From Lingula anatina (lineage: Eukaryota > Animalia > Brachiopoda): a stretch of DNA of 64,000 bases. A program made the translations under genes and the position numbers. The stretch lies in the NCBI GenBank assembly GCA_051362555.1, contig CM120640.1, forward strand, positions 37,591,967-37,655,966. The letters run 5' to 3'. The notes beneath the pieces are model-generated. The model saw only the letters and a program-made list of their open reading frames with translations. It did no database searches and was not told the origin of the DNA. Positions 1 to 19,298 of this stretch are shown here, in pieces; position 1 is the stretch's first letter; each line of letters opens with the position of its first letter.

Positions 1-709
1 TAGATAGATAAACAAACCAGTTGTTAAAATGCATGGTTAAAATAATATACTGAAACTGTTTAAAATGATACTTAACACTGTGCAGATTTTCAGAGACAGG
101 GGAACAAAATGGAATAAAACCCCAGATTTCACATTTATGTGACCATAATTTTTGATGAAATAATGAGGTCACATTTTGTTTGATATTTATGATAAAATCA
201 TTCAATAATCTAACCTCCAAATTATTTTATTTCAACCACGTGTAAAGCTTTTACATTGAGATGCTTGATAAATCATAACATCATTCAAGTATCTACTTTC
301 AATGAACTCTTGTGCAAATCAAATATTTTTTTTCACTTCAAAATCTTTACTCTAATTCTTCTCTTTTATAAAAGAGAATTACCAAAAAAGTTGCCTGCAT
401 GTGGAACTATTTTGATTGCTTCAACTTTATTTTGGAGATAACAAACATTTGAGGTTACTTTTATAGAGGAAATGATGGAGCAGATGTTTCTTTCAAACAT
501 AAAAAATTAATTTACTTGAAGGTCCTGGATTTACAAATAAGGAAGAATAAATGTTACTCTCTTTGAAACAAATCTTACAAGCCACACATTTACTCAAGTG
601 CTTGCCAAATGTAAATAAAGAAAGTGAATTTTAATGATAATTTCCAAACATTTACTCCTAATGGATCAGTTTAAATGAGAGCTCCTCCCAAACACTAGCT
701 ATAGTACAA

Positions 710-772
710 TATAAAAGTCATGTTTCCCAACTATTCATCAGTCTTGTTTTTTGGCAATAAGTGGAGATACAG
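710..772 (+). promoter_or_regulatory. Core promoter and non-coding first exon of the C1q-domain gene
   Basis: TATAAAA at 710-716; initiator-like TCAGT at 738-742 with the A at 740, 30 nt from the TATA box; strong donor CAG|GTAAGC after 772. Confidence 0.65.
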
Positions 773-1224
773 GTAAGCTTTTATTCTATTTTTTACTATC
801 ATGAACATTAAGAATAAATTTATAATTGCTTGCAAATGTCTACATGTGAAACTAAGCCTTACAACAATTGAAAAGTTTTAAGAACTAAAATGTAAAAGTA
901 AATAGCATTAAATTGCCTAATTTGTCTAAATTCAAATTAATGTTTTGACACATGAATCAAATGGCTTCTTCAAAATTAGGACAAGCAGCAAACATTACTT
1001 GAAAATTTTTGAAAGCAGACATGGGTTGTACTGTGACATAGACGACTGGCAATTCCTCATAAAGGCAAAAAAATTCTGGTAACTAGGCAAAGTTGGGGGA
1101 AAAAATGCAACTTTTTCATCCAAACCAATGATGAATGGCACTAAGAAAATAAGATGGATATTTTAAAATGGGGTTTTTAGGATTAAATATCATGGACTCT
1201 CCACTTGTCTTTCTCAGACCCACA

Positions 1225-1984
1225 ATGAAGGTAACGGCGCTTTACCTACTGGCTGCCACAGTGGCAATGGTTGTGTTCTGTGTGGAGGGTCAAGGTTGGT
1301 ATTCCTTAGTTCACATATTTCTGAAAACTGTTATTGTTATTTCATTGTTATTGACATAATTTGAATTTTGAATGTATTGGGAGACTGCTGAAACACAGGG
1401 CTTATGAAGAGCCAATACTACACACATTGTAAAAAAAATGCATAATGCATGAACTAAATGTCACAAAACACAATGTTAAAAAAAAAATCGAAAAAAAAAT
1501 ACATGGTAATGTATGCCTTTTATTTTTAGAAGTTAGCAAATGTGCTGTGTCCTACAGACATGTTGCTTTCTCAGCTGGCCGTTCCACCGACCTTCAAGCA
1601 ACTGGTAAACCAGCAACTATAATCTATGATGCTGTAATCCTGAACGAGGGCCATGCCTATGATGAAGCCACCGGAATATTTACTGCCCCCATGTCTGGGG
1701 TATTCGTCTTCCACTTCCACGCCATCAACTACCACACTAAACGTCTGTATTTGTGGCTAGTTCACAATGGAAAGAGAATCAACAGCGGCTACGCACACCC
1801 TACCCAGCATTATGCAACTGGCAGTAACAGTGCTGCCCTGCATCTGACAGAGGGGGACAGAGTCTGGATTGAGCTGGAGAATGGATACGGTCTGCACAAT
1901 CACCCTGGAGAGAACCACTCTACCTTTACTGGTTACCTACTGTACCCTGAGAACAGTGGACTACAGCTGATTGCCACTGGTTAA
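1225..1984 (+). CDS. Secreted globular-head C1q domain-containing protein (about 174 aa, 2 coding exons: 1225-1294, 1530-1984)
   Basis: Signal peptide MKVTALYLLAATVAMVVFCVEGQ joins in phase 1 (G|GT...TTTAG|AA) to a gC1q domain: VAFSA, IIYDAVILNEGHAYDEATGIFTAPMSGVFVFHFH, NSAALHLTEGDRVWIE, STFTGYLLY. No collagen repeats. Confidence 0.93.
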
Positions 1985-2699
1985 CTGGCTAAATAACTGA
2001 CCTAACATTTCCTTTATCCACAAGCTACATGAACTTATCGCTTAATCCCATATCAAAAGAATCCAGATCTTGTGATCGTTCAAAAGAGGACTGCATTAAT
2101 TTTAATTTTTCAGAAATTAATAATATCAATACCATTTTGTGAATAGGTATTTCTTTACTAGTATATCTCTAGTGTATAAGCAGTATTGTTACTGTAACAT
2201 TGAGAAGTGAGTCATTTGATCAAGGCTCTTTGAAGAAGATTTGAATTGTCACAGCTTATAGATAGAACATAAATTCAGGCTTTTTTTAATCAACAATGAA
2301 CAAATTCCAAATTTTCAATTCATCCCCAGCTGCAAACAAGTTAGATAACTACCTATTTTTTCCATATCTTTCACCCAAAATACAGCAAATTATAAAACAT
2401 TACAGGTATACTCCATGGGTTTGAAAATCCTTATAAAACTGTACATACACCTTAAAATAATTTAAACCTGATGCTGATATTTCCATTGTAGCTTACAGAA
2501 AATGGTTACTGTTATAATGGCTGTTCTTTCATAAGGTAAAATCAAACCATAAATTTAAACGAAAGGTTGAATCCAAGTGCAAAGAAGGATATATAAATGA
2601 TTCATGAGTATGAGAAAATTGCTCATTTTCCAGGAAAATCCATTTTGGCAGGTAAATCACAAGGAGTGTACCTTTAAGGTTTTAAATATAGTCCCTTAC

Positions 2700-12599
<9,900 letters not shown>

Positions 12600-12910
12600 T
12601 TTTACCCGTGTCTTGTGTATACTAAATCTCGTAAAATTATAAAGAGGTTACACCACTGTCGTTCATCACTAAGTACTCGTTGGAATGTATCAGATGGCCT
12701 CGTTCTGAATATGTAAGTGGAAAATACAAAGTTAGTTTTGACCAAAATATATTCTTTTATCGACTTAAAAAATAATAAAATATTCACACAAATAAATCAT
12801 ATGTGATTTTATTTTTATTTCATATCATTTACATGTGTGAACTTGGGTTGCATTTGACGAAAACTAAACTTAGAATGAGCGACCGCATAATGTCTTCACG
12901 TTGAGGTTAT

Positions 12911-12923
12911 ACGTCACTTCCGG
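12911..12923. promoter_or_regulatory. Composite CRE half-site/ETS motif upstream of IFT172
   Basis: ACGTCACTTCCGG (minus strand CCGGAAGTGACGT) about 310 bp upstream of the IFT172 ATG, in a locally CpG-rich patch. Confidence 0.45.
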
Positions 12924-13740
12924 CCTTCCCTGTTTAGTAAGTTTGAACATAGAAGAGAAAAATGAGTTAATTTTTCAATTTTGGATCATTTTAAAATTTT
13001 AAAAAATAATTTGTTCATTTACCTTTAATTTAATGTATTATTTTTCATATCAAGGTGAAATTTTACTGCCTGGGGCCAGTTTTACATGGCCTCCCTCCCC
13101 CCTGCTGCATTTTAGTGCTTATTTTGGCCGACTGGCGGCAGCACCTTACGGGTCATGTCATTTCACTGGAAGGCTATACCATTAATGTACCCTGATTTTT
13201 TAAAAAATATTGTTTATGCCTTGAGCAGGAGTATTTAAACCTGAAGTGTTGTGTTTGATGAAGCATGGGAAGTATTTTTAAGAGAATTAAACGTTACAAT
13301 GGAAGTAAATGGGATTTTTAATAGTGGTTTGTAACCTTAAAAATAGGCTTGAGGTTTATGTACCGGTAGGCCTACTTGTCATTTAGGCAAAGGAACACGG
13401 ATGAAATAGGTTTAAGAGTATTAAGAATAAAGTCCCAGGTTTTGTCCACTAAATAATAAGTAAGACATATGTAAGACGCTGATCAAAAACATCTTTCATT
13501 TTGAAGTGTTTTTTTTTCTTCACTCTTGAAGGTAGGTAAAAAGGTCGATAACAAGGACTGGTCACGTAGGCATTGGCAGCAGATGTCCAGATTCAGACCT
13601 TTGGTGTACTGGTGTGATGGATGACATTATGATTTTATTTTACAATTTATTTTTGATAAACTGTATAACTTATCATTTTTAAGTCCCTTTCGCTTATAAT
13701 ACCCAGTGCAGTAGGCCTACGATACGTCTCTATACGAGTA

Positions 13741-13850
13741 GGTCCCCGCACCGATATCCCCCCCTCCCTGATATCTCCCCGCATCTTAACGTCCCCACAG
13801 CGATAGGCTACTCCCCCGCACCGATGCTCCCGCTCACCGGTACTCCCCCA
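13741..13850. repeat. Degenerate tandem array of a TCCCCGCACCGAT-like unit
   Basis: About 5-6 variants: tccccgcaccgat, tccccgcatc, tccccacagcgat, cccccgcaccgat, tcccgctcaccggt, tcccccaca. Confidence 0.6.
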
Positions 13851-14963
13851 CATTGGTGTTTCTCACAGCATAAATTCCCTTTGGTTGAAATACGATATTC
13901 AAAACACATTTTTTATCAAAAAAAAAATATATTGGCCTATATCTGTAATCCTTTTTGTCAAAACTACCCCCCCCCCCCCCCCCATATTAAAAATGTTTTA
14001 GGAAAACAAGAAAACAATTAGTAAAACCTTGCTGCTTTGGTACTCTCTGACTACAGGGCGCGCTAGTCTGACACAAACATGTTGAAAAGCACCCTATGAC
14101 ATTTAGCAATCAAGAAGACCACTGCTTTGTCATGTCAAGCTTCGTGTGCAACACTACCGTACAGCTCATCTTTGTGATTTTTTTAAAAATGTAAAGAAAT
14201 GTCTGTACATGTACTAGTGCACTTAGTAATTCACTTCGTTCTTCTACAGTGGTTACGGTACATGGATTACACACTCATTTATTTATTTATTTAACACACA
14301 ATGTTCGTTTTAACAAAAAATAACCTATGCACCGTTCAGTTCGTTGTATTGATGAATAATAATAATAATAAGAAGAAGAACCGGTGCTGGTGCTATAAAT
14401 CGTGGCCTTTATCGCAGACTTGGTAGAAATGTTTAACTTTGGACGCATACATAAGCAAATTTGTGGTATGTGCACAAATAAAAGCGCAGTGACACGTGTC
14501 ATCTACGAAGTCAAAACGATTACACATAGGCTAAACAAAATTAATAAGTAAGCTAACGAGCGGCGACTCTATATAAACGGGGTCAGTAGACGAATTTAAT
14601 ATTTTACAAAAATGTGCAATGAGCAAAGCAACTAAATTTTACAGTCAGGCGTGTTTAAAGAATATTTAAGGGGTGGGGTCAAACCAAATTTAAGGCGATT
14701 GGAAAGCATAAAAACAGCACCACTTAGGATATTCCTGCGGTTAATCGAGATTTTTTCCACAAACCACACCAATAAGTGGATGACGTCAAATTTGAGGGGA
14801 TACAAGTTATATTTATAAATTTGAATAAACGGTAAAGTGCGGATATCTTCACCGCTATTTTCTGTACCACTAATCATGTTAGAAATGACATCTGGAATAA
14901 AAAGAACTACTACAATCCATAACAATTTACACCTGTGAAGTGATTATTTGTAAATAAAAGTAC

Positions 14964-15013
14964 ATGGAACTAAAAGTAGGGCTAAATAAAAGTAGATGGA
15001 ACTGAAAGTAGGG
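14964..15013. repeat. Short imperfect direct repeat upstream of the oxygenase gene
   Basis: ATGGAACTAAAAGTAGGGC followed by ATGGAACTGAAAGTAGGGC. Confidence 0.7.
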
Positions 15014-15298
15014 CAACCTTTTGACCAATGCTGTATTGACATGGCCCCCGGCTACATAATGCATGTAGGTGAACCAAGACGACACTCGTACTTGTCCAGA
15101 GCACTACCATAATCTTGATACAGTGGCTTACTGGACCCAGATAATGAGAAGTATACATTAATTACGTTATGTTATACAATGCATGTCTTTATCTTTGCTG
15201 GGATTCAAGATAGATCTTCGGATCCATCCTAGGGTATTGGTAAGATACAAGCTCCGCCTACATACACCAGTTTATCTGCTTACCTGGAACATTGCAAG

Positions 15299-16255
15299 AT
15301 GGAGCATGTCCACATCCCCGTCATAGACATGTCTGCGGCAAAGGCCAAACGTGCGGAAACGGCCGCGCGTTTAGGCGCTGCGTTAGAGAGCGTGGGTTTT
15401 GTTTGCCTGGAAAAAGTGCCTGGTTTCGATTCGGACGAGCTGCACCGAATGACACAATGGTTTTTTTCTCTCCCGCTCTCGGCAAAAAACAAGCTGGCTA
15501 CAAAGAGATGGAACCCAGAGTCTAAGAATGTGTATCGGGGGTATTTCCCATCGGTTAGAAATGAGGTTTCATACAAAGAGGGGTATGAAATAGGCCGTGC
15601 ACTTAGCTCGTGTGACAGCCGCGATCGACAAATAGCGCTGTATGAACCAAATCAGTGGCCCGAGGAAAACTCAAAGGACGGCGTTCGCTTCTGCGATTTC
15701 ATGGAGAAGTATCATGAAACCATGTCTAACTGCGGCATGGAAGTGATGCGCCTCATAGCTTGCAGTCTTGGTATGGAGAACGACACGTTCGATGGTCTAT
15801 TTATGAAGAAACCGCTGTCGACGCTCCGGCTACTGCATTACCCACCACGAGACTGTGAGCCTATTCCCCAGGCGCGAGACGGCCATTTTACCCTCCATTG
15901 CTCCGACCACACTGACTCTGGTTTTGTTACTCTCCTTTCTACATTCCACTACGGGGGGCTTCAAATACGAGACGAAGATGACCAGTGGGTGAACGTGGAG
16001 CCACGCCCAAATGCCCTTGTGATGAATATTGGCGACATGCTGGCCCGAATGACCAAGGGGAAATACAAGGCCACCCGACATCGCGTTGTAGACTTAGGAG
16101 TGGATCGGTTCTCTGTACCCTTTTTCTTCGAACCATCTTTCGATGCGGTTGTCGGTGAAGTCGACGGAGAGAAAGTGAAATATGGCCCCTGGCTTGTAAA
16201 AAAGATGAAGGAGTTTGCAGAGTACAAGGATACTGACTTTGGCATGGTAAATTGA
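15299..16255 (+). CDS. Isopenicillin N synthase-like 2-oxoglutarate/Fe(II)-dependent oxygenase (318 aa, single coding exon)
   Basis: DIOX_N-type start (IPVIDMS...ALESVGFVCL...FFSLPLSAKNKL...YRGYFP...KEGYEIG), LRLLHYPP, iron triad H-T-D (DHTDSGFVTLL) plus H (ATRHRV), ALVMNIGDML, and the R-x-S motif RFSVPFFFEP. Confidence 0.92.
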   Translation: MEHVHIPVIDMSAAKAKRAETAARLGAALESVGFVCLEKVPGFDSDELHRMTQWFFSLPLSAKNKLATKRWNPESKNVYRGYFPSVRNEVSYKEGYEIGRALSSCDSRDRQIALYEPNQWPEENSKDGVRFCDFMEKYHETMSNCGMEVMRLIACSLGMENDTFDGLFMKKPLSTLRLLHYPPRDCEPIPQARDGHFTLHCSDHTDSGFVTLLSTFHYGGLQIRDEDDQWVNVEPRPNALVMNIGDMLARMTKGKYKATRHRVVDLGVDRFSVPFFFEPSFDAVVGEVDGEKVKYGPWLVKKMKEFAEYKDTDFGMVN

Positions 16256-16300
16256 GCTGAACATAGACGCCCTACTTAGGCCCTACGGCTTTGTCATTGA

Positions 16301-16303
<3 letters not shown>

Positions 16304-16337
<34 letters not shown>

Positions 16338-16356
16338 GGGGGGGGGGGGAGGGGGA
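16304..16356. repeat. (TG)n microsatellite followed by poly-G
   Basis: Seen directly, just 3' of the oxygenase stop codon. Confidence 0.9.
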
Positions 16357-16579
16357 GTAATACGTGACGAAGATTGATTCAAACTAAAGTAAAAGCAAAG
16401 TTAGATATACAGGCTATAGGTCTTATGTTAAGACCAATATTTTTGCAAATCATATGAGAAAGTTGTATATGTTAACATTTTAGTAAAAATGAATGCATTT
16501 TTGTAATATGCGGTAGGGGAGTGATATTGCTTATAAAGTGTAAGAATAGCACTGAGAAATTAGGCTGGGAAAGTTATGG

Positions 16580-16723
16580 CAGGGCCGTAGCCTGAGCAAA
16601 ATGCCAGGGGGGGCAGTAAGCGGACACGAGGGGGCGAAGCTACCGAGGGGGGAGGGTGTGGTGTGTAAAATTCCAAATTCCAGGGGGGGCAGCTGCCCCC
16701 CCTGCCCCCCCCCCCCCCCCCCT
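16580..16723. mobile_element. GC-rich short interspersed element remnant (non-autonomous DNA-transposon-like)
   Basis: Begins CAGGGCCGTAGC, has two CCAGGGGGGGCAG copies and a GGGGGGGCAGCTGCCCCCCC palindrome followed by poly-C. The matching right terminal repeat is not visible. Confidence 0.5.
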
Positions 16724-19298
16724 GTATGGTAGCAGAAATATAGTGATTTTAATGTTCTAACACCTGCAGCAGTTAGTCATGGGTCATGTAGAGGTCATGG
16801 GTCAACCAGAGGTCGTCAAACGCCAATTTTTTTCTAGCAATTTTGGAAAATATGAATGTAATGGCCATCAAAAATATACAATTCACATTGCTCTGAACTA
16901 GTGAAGGGTTTATGGTTTAAATGTGTGAAAATAGTGTGGCATTCTCCTTCAAAATGTAATCTGAAACCTTTTTATGTGATACGGCCTACATAGGGGCCTA
17001 CATATTTATAGACTTGCACCAGTTTGAATGCAAATAAGTAACAACATATCATATTTGCATAATTTTGGAGGAAATGGTGTGAGGAGACTTAACTTTAACA
17101 CAAGGCGAATTAATAAAACTGCTGTGAACTGAATCGGTTCCGCGTTCATCAATCGCATATAGATAAAGTAAATTTAAACGAGTACAAACCCATCAAGTTA
17201 TTCAGTGCAAATACAACGCGAAATTTGTTTTTGTATTTGGTAAGAATGGAAAATGTAATATTAAAGTCACACAAGTTTAGTTTAATGGCTATCTTTAAAA
17301 AACAGTTTTGCGCGACGTAGATAACAGCTGCAAACTGGACTTCGTGAACTTCCCAAATGAAAGAAGTAATATTTCAAGATATTAAGTATCAGGAAAGTAA
17401 ACAAGTACTCAAAGAAATTGTCTAACAAGGACATGTTTATAGTTGATTTACGAAGTACTCGTAAAATTGAAGACTTCTAAGAAGACACAAAAAAAAAAAA
17501 ATGATGTACAGAAAATAAGTAAACGCGTGATCCGTAGGGAGAGGCAGAGTGTGAATATTTTCGTATTTATGTGAAAACTAGGTCAGTGAATAAAAGCTCC
17601 TACTCATCGCTGTCATTGTAACAAAACCATTATCATTGCGGAATTCGTATGAAAAGCTCTTTTTTTGTCAATAGAACTATATAGAAGTGACGGGTCAACG
17701 ATTATAGGTAACGAGTCATATATGATTAAAATTTTAGATGAAAGAGAACTATTTTTATTCTTTGAGAATAAATGGGGGTAATTTATCTGAAGAAAAAAAA
17801 GATTTTAGAGGATAAAACGAATCGGAATTGTATGTATCATACATTTGACAAAATTTTTGAAAAAAATACACTTTAACGAAGTAAAACGGTCTAAAGTCAC
17901 TCACTCTGCATTACTGAGGATGAATACCTGTCTTTTAATTCCTATATGAGAGAGTTACGAAAAAAAAAAATAGGCAATACTGTTTTAGGCAAAGATGATA
18001 TATGCACGTGCATGTACTTTAAAGGGTTTTAAAGAGAGGCTCTTTGTAAGTATCAAATGTAACTGTCACGGGGTAGCATAACGTTTAAAATGCAAAATTT
18101 GAATTAGAATACCCCTCTCCTATATAACATCGTAACATAATGCTCAAAACGCTTTTCCTTCATTTTTTATCTGTGATATATCTATAACACGGCAGTGTTA
18201 TACAATTTGTCTGTCTTTAAATTACATTCACAATCACAGGAGAGAAACCAAAATTAGAAACAAAAGTCTCGATAGAGTAATTTAGATAATTGAAGGTGCA
18301 CCCCTTTCAGATGACAGAAAAAGGAGACCTGGTGTCGAGTCTAAAATCGTACTTTGGCCTCATTATTTCCATTTGGCTCTTTTGATCTCTTCCACCAAAA
18401 ACAGTCACCACACCTGAGATAATTTCGTTAAAGCCAGTCCCAGGTCCGAGCGTTATGTAACCTTCCAACCCGGAGAATATATCCATATTCAGGGTAACGG
18501 TAACAAATATTGGAGTCCCTGTATCTAGTTTTACTGATCGACCGTTTATATCGGATGTAGTTATTTACGCTTACTAATAAATTTACGGCACGCAGGAATC
18601 AGTACGATTTCCTATAAAAACTATAAAAACTAAAGTAGAAAGAGAGAGACCCCGGGGGATCGTCACGACTGTCCCTGCCTGCGTGCCAGCCTGTAGTCCG
18701 TATGAGAGGAATAAAGACTATCTAAAACACAATTTTAGCTGTTGTGTATTCAAGCCGCCGTTCTCTCAAAAATTAGTAACCAACCAAGGTTACATATCTT
18801 TGTCTTTAAGCCAGCATTCTTTCCTCTCAAAAATACGCTTTGGCATGGTTACAGGGACAACTAAATTTGTTGTATGTCGGTGGAGGCCATAACATTGATA
18901 ACCTCTCCTTGTCAAATACATGTACGGCTTCCATTTTTTTATTACAATATTTTATTTTGAAGACTCAAGACTATTAATCGCACGTTACACATAAAGCTGT
19001 GTCGGAAAATATAGTCCAAATAGCACCGCATTCTTAATCTTATAACTATTGCAAGCCGCGACTATGAAGTGATAAGGAAGTGCAAAATAATGCAAAATAT
19101 TTCAATTACTCGTAATCGACTTAAATTCATTTTGAAATTTCCTTTCTAATTCAAAAAGACATGTATAAGAAAAATGATAACGGTATTAACTGATGTATGT
19201 TAGGTACATGTAAAATTTGCATATTTTGTAATTTGCTGAGATCATGTCACTTATTTTCATATTAATGTTCAACGCCCATAAACATCATGAATTGCATT

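Noticed and set aside
1445-1529. N-terminal part of the 179-aa ORF (MHELNVTK...)
   Set aside because: It is intronic read-through; the likely N-terminus is the signal-peptide exon at 1225-1294.
13055-13200. Hairpin-forming GC-rich patch considered as an H/ACA snoRNA
   Set aside because: No properly placed H or ACA boxes; more likely a decayed repeat.
13741-13850. TCCCCGCAC repeats superficially resembling a CRISPR repeat core
   Set aside because: The units are degenerate with irregular short spacing, there are no spacer-sized unique sequences and no cas genes, and the context is eukaryotic.
16776-16820. Clustered GGTCA motifs resembling nuclear-receptor response elements
   Set aside because: They adjoin a repeat remnant, and similar TGACC-rich tracts occur elsewhere (about 3580-3760), so function cannot be supported.
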